A DNA stretch of 64,000 bases from the human T2T-CHM13v2.0 reference genome, Homo sapiens. The notes under the pieces are model-generated. The model saw only the letters and a program-made list of their open reading frames with translations. It ran no database searches and was not told where the DNA came from. The position numbers were made by a program, and so were the translations under genes. The stretch lies in assembly GCF_009914755.1 (NCBI RefSeq), contig NC_060946.1, one strand, 5' to 3'. How positions within the stretch are numbered: the stretch's first letter is position 1; every line of letters starts with the position of its first letter. Below are positions 29,201 to 43,088 of the stretch, one piece after another.

Positions 29201-32200
29201 AATAGAATGGAGGTGAGTGGAGTGGAGTGGAAGGAAGCGAAGTGGAATGCATTGGAGTGGAATGGAATGGCGTGGAATGGAGTGGTTTGGAATGGAATGG
29301 AGTGGAATGGAAAGGAATGCAGTGCAATGGAATGGAATGGAGTGGAGTGGAGTTGAATAGAGTAGAGTGGAGTGGATTCGAATGGAGTGGAATGGAATGG
29401 ATTGGAATGTAGTGGAATGGAGAGGAGTGGAGTGGCATGGAACGGATTGGAGAGGAGTGGAGAGGACTGGAGTGGAATTTAATGGTGTGGAATTGAGAGC
29501 AGAGGAATGGAATAGAGTGGAGTGGAAAGGAATGGAGTGGAATGGAATGGAGTGGATTGGAGTGGAATGTAGTGGAGTGGAGTGTAGTGGAATGGAGTGT
29601 AGTGGCATGGAATGGAGTGGCGAGGAAAGAAATGGAGTGGAGTGGAGTGGAATGGGGTGGGGTGAAGAGGAGTGGAGTGGTGTGGAATGGAGAGGAGTGG
29701 ATTGGAGCTGAGTGAAGTGGAGTGGAATGGAGTGCACTGGAATGGAGTGGAGTGGTGGGTAATGGGGAGGAGTTGAATGGAATGGAGTGGAAACGAGGGG
29801 AGTGGTGTTGAATGGAGTCGAGTGGATTGGAGCTGAGTCAAGTGGAGTGGAATGGAGTGGACTGGAATGGAGTGGAGTGGTGAGGAATGGGGTGGAGTTG
29901 AATGGAATGGAGTGGAGTGGAGTTGAATGGAGGGCAGTGGAGTGGAATGGACTGGAGTGGGGTGGAATGGATGGTATTGGAGTGGAATGCAGTGGAGTGG
30001 AGGTGAATGGATTGGAGAGGAGTGGAAAGGATGGGAATGGAGTGGAGTGGAATGGAATGGACTGGAGTGGAGATGAATGGAGTGGAGTGGAGTGGAATGG
30101 AGAGGAGTGGAATGGAGAGGATTGGACTGGAGTGGAATGGAATGGAATGGAATGGATGTGAATGGAGAGGAATGGAAAGGAATGGAGTAGATTAGAGTAG
30201 AGTAGAATAGAATACAGTGGTGTAGAATGGAGTGTAGTGGAATGGAATGGAGTGGAGTGGAGTGGAATGGAGTGGACTGGAGTGCAGTAGAGTGGAATGG
30301 AGTGGACTGGAGTTGAATGGAGTGGAGTGGAATGGAACTGAATGGAGTGGAATCGAATGGACTGCACTGGATTGCAATGGAGTAGAATGGAAAGGATTGG
30401 AATGTAGTGGCATGGAGAGGAGTGGAGTTGAGCTGAGAGGAGTGGAACGAAGTGTAGTCGAGTGGAATGGAGTGGAGTGGAATAGAGTGTACTGGAATGG
30501 AATGGAATGGAGTGGAGTGGAGTTGAGTAGAGATGTGTGGAGTGGGGTGGAATAGAATAGAGTTCAATGGAGTGTAATGGGATGGTGTGGAATGGAGTGG
30601 AGTGGAGTGGAATGGAATGGAGTGGAGTGGAATTGAATGGAGTGGAGTGGAGTGCAATGGAATGGAATGGTATGGAATGGAGTGGATTGCAGTGGAAAGG
30701 AGTGGAGTGGAGTGCAATGGAGTAGAGAGGAGTGGAATGGACTGGAGAAGAGTCGTATGGAGTGGAATGGAGTTGAGTGGAACGAAATGGAATGGAGTGG
30801 AGTGGAATGGATTGGATTGGAGTGGAGTGGAAAGGAACGGAGCGGAGTGGAATGGAATGGAGTAGAATGGAATGGAATGGAATGTAGTGGACTGGAATGG
30901 AATGGAGTGGAATGCAATGGAATGGAATGGAGTGGAATGGAATGGAATCGAGTTGAGTGGAGTGGAGTGGAATGCAATGGAGTGCATTGAATTGCATTGG
31001 AGTTGAGTGGAGTAGAATGGAGTGGAATGGAATGGCTTTGAGTGGATTGGAGTGGAACGGAATGGAGTAGAATAGAGTGGAGAGGAATGGAATTGAGTGG
31101 AGTGGAATGGAATGCAAGAGAACGGAATGGAATGGACTGCTCGTGGAGTGGAATGGAGGTGGGTGGAGTGGAGTGGAAAGGAGTGAAGTGGAATATGATG
31201 GAAATTAATCGAATAGAATGGAATGGAATGGAACGGAATGGAATGGAATGGATGGCCGTGAAATAGAGTGGAGGGGAATGGAGTAAAGTTGAGTGAAATT
31301 GAATGGAATGGAATGGAATGGAGTGGAGGGGAATGGAATGGGATGGATTGGAGTAGAAAGCAATTGAGTGGAATGGAATGGAATGGAATGGAATGGAATG
31401 GAATGGAATGGATTAGAGTGGAATGGAATGGAACGAAATGGAATGGAGTTGAGAGGAGTGGGGTGGAGAGGAGTGGAATGGAGTGGCGTGTAATGGGATG
31501 GAATGGAATGGAATGGAAAGGAATGGAAAGGCATGGCATGAAATGGAATGGAATGGAATGGAATGGAGTGGAGTCAAATGTATTGGAGTACACTGGAGTA
31601 GAGTTGAGTGGAATGGAATGGAATGGAATGGAATGGAATGGAATGGAATGGAAGGGAATGCAATGGAATGAAATGGAATGGTATGGAATCAACCGGACTG
31701 GAATGGAATGGAATGGAATGGAATGGAATGGAATAGAATCAACTCGAGTGGAATGGAAAAAATGGAAGGGAATGGAATGGAATGGAATGGAATGGAAGGG
31801 AATGCAATGGAATGGAATGAAAAATATGGAATGGAATGGAATGGAATTGAATGGGAAGGGTTGGAGGAGAATTGAATGGAGTAACGTGGAATGGAATGGA
31901 ATGGAATGGACTGGAGTGAAGTGGAATGGAATGGAACGGAATGGAATGGAGTGGAGTGGAATGGAAGGGAATGAAGTGGAATGGAATGAAGTGGAATGGA
32001 GTGGAGTAGGGTAGAAGGGAGTGGAAAGAAAGTGGAGTGGAATAGGATGGAATGAAACCGAATGGAGTGGAATGGAGTGGAGAGAAATGCAACGGAGTGG
32101 AGTGCAATGGAATGTTGTGGAATGGAATGGAATCTAATGTAAGGGAATGGAATGGAATAGACTGGAGTTTAATGGAGTGTAAAGTAAAGGAATGGAATGG

Positions 32201-35200
32201 AATGCAATAGAATGTAGTTGGGTGGAGTGGAGTGGAGTGGAAGAAATGGAGTGGAATGGAGTGGAAAAATGTGAAGCGGAACATAATGGAGTGGTGTGGA
32301 ATGGAATGGAGTGGAAAGGAATGGAATGGAATTGAGTTGAGGAGAAGGGAATGGAGAGGAAAGGAATGCAATGGAATGCAGTGGTGAGTAATAGAATGGA
32401 ATTGAGTGGAGAGTAGTGGAATCGAATGAAGTGGAGTGGAGTGGAACATATTAAATGGAGTAGAAAGCAGTGGAACAGAGTGGAGTGGAATGGAATGGAG
32501 TGGAGTGGAATGGAGTGGAATGGAGTTGAGTGGAGTGGAATGGAATGGAATGCAGTGGTATGGAATGGATTGAAATGGAATGGAATCGAATTGAGTGGAC
32601 TGCAGTGGTGTGGAGTGGAGTGGAATGGAGTGTAATTGAGTGGAGTGGAATGGAATGGAGTGTAATTGAGTGGAGTGGAATGTAATGGAGTGTAATGGAA
32701 TGGACAGGAGTGGAATGGAAAGGAATGCTGTGGAGTTGAATGCAGTGGAGTGGAATGAAGTGGAATGGAGTGGATTGTAATGTAGTGGAATGGAGTGGAA
32801 TGGAATGGAATGGCCTGGGATGGAATGGAATGGAGTGGAGTGCACTGGAATGGAATTGAGTGGAGTGCAGTGCAATGGAGAGGATTGGAGTGGTGTGGAA
32901 TGAAGTGGATTGGAGTGGTGTGGAATGTGATTGGATGGAGTGCAATGGAATGGAGAGGAGTGGTGTGTAGTGTAGAGGAGTGGAACGGAGTGGAGGGGAG
33001 TGGAGTGGACTGCAGTGGAATGGAAAGGAGTGGAATGGATTGGAATGGAGTGGAATGGAACGGTTTGGAATGGAGTGGAGTGCAGTGGAGTGCAGTGGAA
33101 TGGAGTGGAATGGAGTGGAATGGAGAGGAGTGGAGTGGAATGGAACGGATTGGAATGGAATGGAATGGAATGGAGTGCAGTGCAGTGGAAAGGAATGGAG
33201 TGGAATGGACAGGAGTGGAGTGGAATGGACTGGAATGGAGTGGAATGGAGTGGAATGGAGAGGAATGGAGTGGAGTGGAATGGAATGCAGTGGAATGGAA
33301 TGGAATGGAGTGACATGGAGTGGAATGGAGTGGAGTTGATTGGATAGGAATGCAATGTAATTGATTGGAGTAGAATGAAGTGGAATGGAGTGGAGTGGAG
33401 TGGAACTGAGTTGATTGGAATGGAATGGAGTGCAGTGAGACAAAACGGAATGTATTGGAATGGAATGGAGTGGAGTGACATGGATTGGAATGGTGTGGAG
33501 TGGAATGGAGTGGAGTGGAGTGGGACAGAATGGATTGGAGTGGATTGGAATTGACTGGAATGGAGTGGAGCGGCGTGGAATGGATTGTATTGGAATGGAG
33601 TGGAGTGCAGAGGAATGGAGTGGAGTGGAATGGAATGGAGTGGAGTGGAGTTGAAAGTAGTAGAGTGAAGTGGAATGTAATGGAGTGGAGAGGAATGGAA
33701 TAGATTGGAGTGGAATGGATTATACTACAGTGGAATGGAGTGGAGAGGAATGGAATGGAGTGGAGTGGAGTGGAGTGGAATGGAATGGAAAGGAGTGGAG
33801 TGGGGTTGAATGGAGTTTAGTTGAGTGAAATGGACTAGAGTGGAGTGGAATGGAGTGGATTGGAGTGGAATGGAGTGGAGTGGAGTGGAATGGAGAGGAA
33901 AGGACTGGAATGGAGTGGAGTCCAGTGGAGTGGAGTGGAATGGAGTGGAGTGGAGTAGAATGGAATGGAGTGGAGTGGAGTGGACTGGAACGGAATGTAA
34001 TGGAATGGTAGGGAATGGAATAGAGGGGAATGGAATGGAGTGGAGTGGAGATGTGTAGAGTGGAATGGAGTTCAGGGGAGAGGAATGGAGTGGAGTCTAA
34101 GGGAGTTGAGTTGAATGGAATGGAGTGGAGTGGAATGGAATGGAGTGGAACAGAATGGAATATAATAGACTGGAGTGGAGTGAAAGGAATGGAGTTGAGT
34201 GGATTGGAATTGATTGGAGTGGAATGGAATGGAATGGAATGAGATGGAATGTAGTGGAATGGAATGGAATGGAATAGAATGGAATGGAATGTATTGGAAT
34301 GCCATGGAATGGAATGTATTGGAATGCCATGGAATGGAATGAAATGGAATGGAATGGAATGGAATGGAGTTCAATGGACTGCAGTGGAATGGAATGGAAA
34401 GAAGTAGCATGAAATGGAATGGAGTGGAGGGCAGTGGAGTGGATTGGAGTGAAGGGAAATGAAATGGAGTGGAAAGGAGTAGAAAGGAGAGGAGTGGAAA
34501 AGAATGTAGTGGATTGTAATAGAAAGCAGTGGAATGGAATGGAATGGAGTGGAGTGGAATGGAGTGCAGTGAAATGGAAAGGAGTGGAGTGGAATGGAGT
34601 GGAGCGGAATGGAGTGGAATGGAATAGAGTGGAATGGAATGGAATGGAATGGAGTGGGGTGGAATGGAGTGGAGTGGATTGGAAAGGAGAGAAGTGGAAT
34701 GGAATTGAGTGGAGTTGACTGGAATGGAGTGGAGTGGGGTGCAGTGGTATGGAATTGAATGGAGTGGAGTGGAGTTGAGTGGAATGGAATTAAATGTAGT
34801 GGAATTGAGTGAAGTGGGGTGGAATGGATTTGAATGGAATGGAATGGAGTAGAATTCAGAGGAATGGAGTTGAGATGAATCTGGTGGAGGGGAGTGGAGT
34901 GGAGTTGACTGGAGTGGAATGGAATGGAGTGGAATGGAGAGCAGTGGAATGGAGTGGAGTGGAGTGGAATGGCATGGAGTGGAATGGCATGGAGTGGAAT
35001 AGAATGGAGTGGAGTGGAGTGTAGTGGAATGGAGTACAAGGGAATGGAATGGAGTGGAATAGAGTGGACTGAAGTGGAATGGCGTGGATTGGAATGATGT
35101 GGAGTGGAGTGGGATGGAATGGAGTGGGATGGAATGGAATGGAGTGGAATGGAATGGAGTGGAGTGGTGTGGAGAGGAATGGAGTGCAGAGGAATGGAGG

Positions 35201-38200
35201 GGAGTGGAGTGGAATGGAGTGGAGAGGAAAGGAGTGGAGTGGAACAGCATGGAGTGGAGTGGAGTGGAATGGAGTGGAGTGGAGTGTTGTAGAATGGTAT
35301 GGAGTGGAGTGGAGTAGAATGGCATTTAATGGAGTGGAATGGAAGGGAGTGGAGTGTATTGGAAAGGAATTGAATGCAAAGGATTGGAATGGAATGGAGT
35401 GGAGTTCAGTATATTGGCGTGGAATGGATTGGAGTGGAGTGAATTGGATTCGACTGGATTGGAATGCAATGCAGCGGAATGGAGAGCAGTGGAATGGAAT
35501 GAAGTGGTGAGGAATGGAATGGAGTGGAATGGAGTGGAGTATAGTGGAATGTAGTGGAGTGGAATACAATGGAGTTGTATGAAATGGAAAGAAGTGGCAT
35601 GAAGTGGAATGGATAGGAGTGGAGTGGAATGGAAAGGACTGGAATGGTACGGAATCTAGTGGAATGGCTGGGAATGGAGTGGAATCTAGCGGAATTGAGT
35701 GGATTGGTATGGAATGCAGTGGAGTAGCATTTAACGTAATGGTATCGAATGGAAGGGAATATAATGTTGAGGAAAGAAATGGAGTGGAATGGAGGAGAGT
35801 GGAGTGGAATGGAATGGAGTAGAGTGGCATGGAATGGAGTAGACTGCAGTGGAATGGAATGAAATGGAATGGAGTGTAGTGGAATGGAATGGAATGGAAT
35901 GAAGTGGAGTAGGATGGAAAGGAATGAAACGGAATGGAATGGAATGGAATGGCATGCAATGGATTGGAAAGGAGTGGAGTAGAGTGGAGTGGAGTTGAAT
36001 GGAGTGGAGTGGAAAGGAGTGGAGTGGAGTGGAGTTGAATGGAGTGGAATGGAGTGGAATGGAATGGAATGGAGTGGAATGGAGTGGAGTGGAGTGGAAT
36101 GGAGTGGAGTGGAATGTAATGGAGTGCAGTGGAATGGAGTGTAGTGGAATGGAGTGGGTGGAGGGGAGTGGAGTGGAGTGGAAAGGAATGGAGTGGAGTG
36201 GAGTTGAATGGAGTGGAGTGAAGTGGAATGGAGTGTATTGGCATGGAATGGAGTGGAGTGGAGTGAAATGGAATGGAGAGGAAGGATTGTAGTGAGTGGA
36301 GTGGAGAGGAGTGGAATGGAGTGGAGTGGTGTGGAATGGAATGGAGTGGAATGGAAAGCAGTGGAGTGGAATGGAGTGGTTTGGAGTGGAGTGGAGTAGA
36401 ATGGAAAGAAGGGAGTGGAATGGAGTAGAGTGGAGTGCGGCAGAATGTAATAGAGTGGAGTGGAAATGAATGGAATGGAATGGAATGGAATGGAATGAAA
36501 TAGAATGGAGTGGAGTGTACTGGTATGGAATGGAGTGGAATTGAATGGAATGGAATGGAGTGGAATGGAATGGAATGGAATGGCGTGGAGTGGAGTTGAA
36601 GGGATTAGAGTGGAATGGAGTGGGGTGGAGTGAAATGGAATGGAATGGAATGGAGTGGAGTGCAGTGTAATGGAGTGGAGCAGAATGCAGTGGAATGGAA
36701 TGGAATAGAATGGACTGGAGTAAATGGAGTGGAGTGAAATGGAGTCGAGAGGAGTAGAATGCAGTTGAAGGGAATAGAATGGAATTTATTGGAAAGGAGT
36801 GGAATGGAATGTAAAGGAGTGGAGTGGAGTGGGGTGGAGTGGACTCTAAAGGAGTGGAGTGGAATTGAGTGGAGTGGAATGGAATGGAATGGAATGGAAT
36901 GGAGTGGAGTGGAATAGAAGGGAGAGGAATGGAATGGAATTTAGTAGAGTGGAATGGAGTGCAATAGAGTGGAATGGAATTGAGTGGAATGGAATGGAGT
37001 GGAGTGGAATGGAGTGTTGTGAATTGCTGTGGAATGTAATGGAATGGAGTGGAATGGAAAGGAATGAAATGGAGTGGAGTGTAATGGAATGGAATGGAAT
37101 GGAATGAAATGGAGTGGAGTGTAATGGAATGGAATGGAATGGAATGCCATGGAATGGAATGGAATGGAATAGAGTGGAGAAGAGTGGAGTGCAGTGTAGA
37201 GGAGTGGAATGGAGTGGAGAGGAAAGGAATGGAGTGGACTGCAATGGAATGGAATAGATTGGAGTGACATGGAATGCAGTGGAGTGGAATGGAGTAGAGT
37301 AGAAAGGAATGGAGTGGAGGGGAATGGAACGGAATTGAGTGCAAAGGAACGGAGTGGTGTGGATTGGAGTGTATTGTAATGGAATGGAATGGAACGTAGT
37401 GGAGTGGGGTGGAGTGGAGTGGAATGGAATAGAGTGGAAAGGAATGGAGTGGAGGGGAATGGAAAGGAATTCAGTGCAAAGGAATGGAGTGGTGTGGATT
37501 GGAATGGATTGTAATGGAATGGATTGGAATGTAGTGGAGTGGGGAGGAGTGGAGCGTAATGGAGTGGAGTGGAATGGAATGGAAAGGAATGGAATGCAAT
37601 GGAATGGAATGGAATGGAATGGAGTGCAGTGAAATGGAGGGGAGTGGAATGGAGTAGAGTTGAGTGGAATGGAATGAAACGGAATGGAATGGAGTGGAAT
37701 GGAATGGCATGGATTGGAGTAGAATGCAATTTAGTGGAGTGGAATGGAATGGAATGGAAAGGAATGGAATGGAGTGGAGTGGAATGGAATGGAATGAAAT
37801 TGAAAGGAGTTGAGTGAAGAGGGTTGGAGTGGAGTGGAATGGAGTGGAGTGGAAAGGGATGGAATGGAACGCAATTGAATGGAGTAGAGTGAAATGGAGT
37901 GGAGTACAATGGAGTAGAGTTGTGTGGAATGGAGTGCAAAGGAATGGAATGGAATGGAGTCTAATTAAATGGGAAGGATTGGAGTAGAATGGAATGGAGT
38001 GAAGTGGAATAGAATGGAATGGAATGGAGTGAAGTGGAATAGAATGGAATGGAATGGACTGGAGTGAAGTGGAATGGAATGGAATGGATTGGAATGGAGT
38101 GGAGTGGAATGGAATGGAATGAAGTGTAATGGAATGAATTGGAATAGAGTGGATTGGAGTAGAAGGGATTGGAAAGAATGTGGATTGGAATGGGATGGAA

Positions 38201-41200
38201 TGGAATGCAATGGAGTACAATGGAGTAGAGTGGAATGCAATGGAGGGAATGGTGTGGAATGGAATGGTGTGAAAAGGAATGGAATAGAACGGTATGGCAT
38301 GCAATGGAATGTAAAGGAGTGGAGTAGAGTGGAGTGGAGGGGAGTGAAGTAGAGTGGAATAGAGTGGATTGGAGTGGAGTTGAATGGAGTTGAATGGAGT
38401 GTAATGGAATGGAGTAGAGTGGAATGGAGTGGACTGGAGTGCAACGGAGTGTAATAGAATGGAATGGAGTGGAGAGGAGTGTAATGGAGTGCAGTGGAGA
38501 GGAGAGGAGTGGAATGCAGCACAGTGCAGTGGAGTGGGGTGGAGTGGAGTGGAGTGGAATGGAATGGAGTAGAGAGGAGTTGAATGGAGTGCAGTGGAGT
38601 GTTATGGAATGGAGCGAAGTGGAATGGAGTGTATTGGCATGGAATGGAGTGGAGTGGAGTGTAATAGAGTGGAGAGGAGTGGAATGAAGTGAGTGTAGTG
38701 GAGAGGAGTGGAATTGAGTGGAGTGGTGTGGAATGGAATGCAGTGGAGTGGAAAGGATTAGATTGGAGTGGAGTGGAGTGGAATGTAGTGGAGGGAGTGG
38801 AATGAAGTAGAGTGGAGTGGAGTGGAGCAGAATTTAATTGAGTGGAGTGGAATGGATTGCAATGGAATGGAGTGTAGTGTACTGGTATGGAATGGAGAGG
38901 AAAGGAATGGAATGGAATGGAGTGGAGTGGAAGGGAATGGCATGGAATGGAATGGAATGGAGTGGAGTGGAGTGGATTGTAGGGGAGTGGAGTGGACTGA
39001 AGTGGAATACAATGGAGTGGATTGGACAAGAGTGGAGAGGAATGGAATGGAATTAAGTGGAATGGAGTGGAATGCAATGGAGCAGAATAGAATGGAATGG
39101 CATGGGATGGAATGGAATAGAGTGGAGTGAGGTGGAGTGGAATGGAGTGGAATGAAATGGAGAGGAATGGATCAGAAAAGATTGGAGTGGAGTGGAGTGG
39201 AATGAAGTGGAGTGGAGTGGAATGGAATGGAGAGGAGTGGAGGGGAATGGAGGGGAGTGGAGTGGAGTAGTGTGGAATGAAGTGGGGTGGAGTGGAGTGG
39301 AGTAGAATTTAATGTAGGGGAATAGAATGGAGTGGAGTGGATAGGAATAGAGTGAAATGAAATGGATTGAAATGGAATGGAATGGAGTGGAGTGGAGTGG
39401 AACAGAGTGGAGTGGAGTGGACTGTAGTGGAATGGAATGGAGTGGAATGGCGAGTGGTGGAATGGAATGGAGTGGAGTCTAATAGAATAGAGTGGAATGG
39501 AATGGAATGGAGTAGAGTGGAATGGAGTGGAGTGGAGTGGAATGGAGTGGACAGGAGTGGGATGGAGTGGAGGGGAAAGGAATGGAGTGTATTGGAGTGC
39601 AATGGGGTGCAGTGGAGTGGAGTGGAGGGGTGTAGAATGGAATTGAGTTGAGTGGAGTGGAGCAGAGTGGAATGGAGTGGAATGGAGTAGAGTGGAAAGG
39701 AGTGGAGTGGAATGTAATGGAGTGAAATACAAAGGAATGGATTTGAATGGCGTGGAAAGGAGTGGAGTGGAGTGGAAAGGAATGGAGTGGAATAGAGTGT
39801 AGTGGAATGTAATGGAGTGGAGCGGAGTGGAGTGCAATGGAAAGGATTGGAATAGGATGGAATGGAGGGGAATCGAGTGGAATGAAGTGGAGTGGAGTGG
39901 AATAGAATGGAATAGAGTGGAATGGAATGGAAGGGAAAGGAATGAAATGGAATGGAGTGGAGTGGAATGGAATGGAACAGAATGGAATGGAATGGAATGC
40001 AACGGAACGGAACGGAATGGAAACCAATAGAATGGAATGAAGCACTGTGTAATGGAGTGGAATAGAATGAAGAGTAGTGGAATGTAATGGAGTGCTGGGG
40101 AGTGAAGTGGAATGGAATACAAGAAAGTGGAAAGGAGTGGAATCGAGTGGAGTGGAATGGAATGTAGTGGAATGGAATGGAGTAGAGTGGAATGGAATGG
40201 ATTGCAATGGAGTGGAGTGGAATGGAATGGAATCGAGTGGAATAGAGTGGAATGGAATGGAATGAAATGGAATGGAATGGAATGGAATGGAGTGGACTGG
40301 AGTGGAGTGGTGCAGAGTGGAGTTGAAAGCAATGGAGTGGAATTGAGTTGAGTGGAATGGAATGAGTAGAGTGGAATGGAATAGACAGGAATGGAATGGA
40401 ATAGAATGTTTTGGAGTTGATTGAAGTGGAGTGGAATGGAGTGGAATGGAAGGGGTAGGAGTTCAGTGGGATGGAATGGAATGGAGTGGAAAGGAATTGA
40501 TTGAAGTGGAGGGGAGTAGAGAGGAATGGAGTGGATTGGAATGTCACAGACAGGAGTGGAATTCAGTGCGTTCGAATGGAATGGATTGGAATGGAATGGA
40601 CTGCGGAGGAGTGGAGTGAAGTGGAGCGGAAAGAAGTGGAGTGGAGTGGAATTGAGTGGATTTGTGTGGAATGGATTATAGTGGAGTGGAGTGGAGTGGA
40701 TTGGAGTGGAGTCGAGTGGAATGGAGTGGATTGGAGTGGAGTGGAGTGGACAGGAGTAGAGTGGAGTGGAGTCGAATGGAGTAGAGTCGAGTGGAGTGGA
40801 ACGTAAAGGAGTGGAGTGGATTGGATTGGAGTGGAGTGGAGTGGAATGGAGTGGAATGGAATAGAGACGAGTGGAATGGAGAGGAATGGAATGGAATGGA
40901 ATGGAATGGAATTTAGTTGAATGGTGTGGAGTGGAATGAAGTGGGGTGGAGTGAAATGGAATGAAATGGAATGGAATGGAATGGAGTGGATTGGAATGGA
41001 ATGGAATAGAATGGAAAGGAATAGAGTGTAATGGAATGGAATGGAAAGGAACGGAATGGATTGGAGTGGAGTGGAGTGAAGTGGAGTGGAGTGGAATGGA
41101 ATGGAATGGATTGGAAAGGATGGGAATGGAGTGAAGTGCAGGGGAATGGAGTGGAGTGGAATAGAGTGGAATGGAATACAATGGAATGGAGTAAGTGGAG

Positions 41201-42440
41201 TGGCATGGAATGGAGTGGAGAGGAGTGGAATGCAATGGAAGGGAATGGAAAGGAATTTATTGGAATGGAGTGCAATGGAATGGAAAGGAGTGGAGTGGGG
41301 TGGCGTGGAATATAAAGGAGTGAAGTCGAATTGAGTGGAGTGGAATGGAATTGATTTGAGTGGAGTGGAATGGAGTGGAATGGATTGGAGTGAAGTGGAA
41401 AGGAATGGAAGGGAGAGGAATGGAACGGAATTTAGTGGAGTGGAATGGAGTGGAGTGGAGTGCAGTGGAATGGAATGTTGTGGATTGGTGTGGAATGTAA
41501 TTGAATGGATTGGAATGGAATGGAAGGAAATGGAGTGAAGTCTAATGGAATGCAATGGAATGGAGTGGAGTGGAATGGAATGGAGTGGAGTGGAATGGAA
41601 TGGAGTGGAGGGGAATGGAACACAATTGAGTGCAAAGGAGAGGAGTGGTGTAGAGTGCAGTGCAGTGTAATGGAACGGAATGGAAGGTAGTGGAGTGGTG
41701 TGGAGTGGAGTGGAATGGAGTGGAGTGAAATGGGATGGAAAGAAATGGAATGGAATAGTATGGAATGGAATGGAATGGAATAGAATGGAGTGGAGTGAAA
41801 TGGAGTGCAGTGGAATGGAGTAGAGTTGAGTGGAATGGAATTGAATGGAATGGAAAGGAGTGGAATGGAATGGGATGGATTGGAGTAGAATGGAACTTAG
41901 TGGAGTTGGAATGGAATGGAATGGAGTAGTGTGGAAAGGAATGGAATGAAATGATATGGGGTTGATTGGAGTGGGGTGGGGCGGAGTGGAGAGGAATGGA
42001 GTGGAATGGGATGGAATGGAAGGAAATGGAATGGAATGGAATGGAATGGAATGAAATGGAGAGAAATGGAGTGCAGTGCAATGGAGTAGAGTTGAGTGGA
42101 ATGGAATGCAATGGAGTGGAAAGGAATGGGAAGGATTGGAGTAGAATGGAATGGAGTGAAGTGGAATGGAATGGAATGGAATGGAACGGAATGGAATGGA
42201 ATGGAATGGTGTGGAATGGAATGGAAAGGAATGGAATGGAATGGAATAGAGTGGAATGGAATGCAGTGAAATGGAGAGGAGTGGAGTAGCAGGGAGTGTA
42301 AAAAAGTGGAGTGGAATGGGATGAAATGGAACGGAAAGGAGTGGAATGGAGTGGAGTGGAATGCAATGGAGTGGAGTAAAATGGAATGGTGTGGAATGGA
42401 ATGGAATGGAATGGAACGGTATGGAATGGAATGGACTGGA

Positions 42441-43088
42441 GTGGAATGGAGTGGAATGGAATGGAATGGAATGGAATGCAATAGAATTTAGTGGGGTAGA
42501 GTGTAGTGGAATGGAATGGAATGTAATTGAATGACATGGGATGGAACGGAATGGAGTGGAGTGCAGTGAAGTGGAATGAGGTGGAGTGGAGTGGAGTGAA
42601 AGAAATGGAGTGGAATGGAGTGGAAATGTGTGAAGCAGAATGGAATGGAGCGGAGTGGAATGGAATGGAGTGGAAAGGAATGCAATGGAATGGAATTGAG
42701 TGGAAGGGAATGGAGTACAAAGGAATGAAATGGAATGGAGTGCAGTGGAATGGAGGGGAGTGGAATGGAGTGGAATGGAATGGAATGGAATGGAATGGAA
42801 TGCAATAGAATTTAGTGGGGTAGAGTGTAGTGGAATGGAATGGAATGTAATTGAATGACATGGGATGGAACGGAATGGAGTGGAGTGCAGTGAAGTGGAA
42901 TGAGGTGGAGTGGAGTGGAGTGAAAGAAATGGAGTGGAATGGAGTGGAAATGTGTGAAGCAGAATGGAATGGAGCGGAGTGGAATGGAATGGAGTGGAAA
43001 GGAATGCAATGGAATGGAATTGAGTGGAAGGGAATGGAGTACAAAGGAATGAAATGGAATGGAGTGCAGTGGAATGGAGGGGAGTGGA
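42441..43088 (+). repeat. Near-perfect 324-bp tandem duplication inside the satellite
   Basis: 42477-42764 is identical by eye to 42801-43088. ORFs 42527.. and 42851.. begin with the same peptide (MNDMGWNG...EMCEAEWNG) 324 nt apart. Confidence 0.93.
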
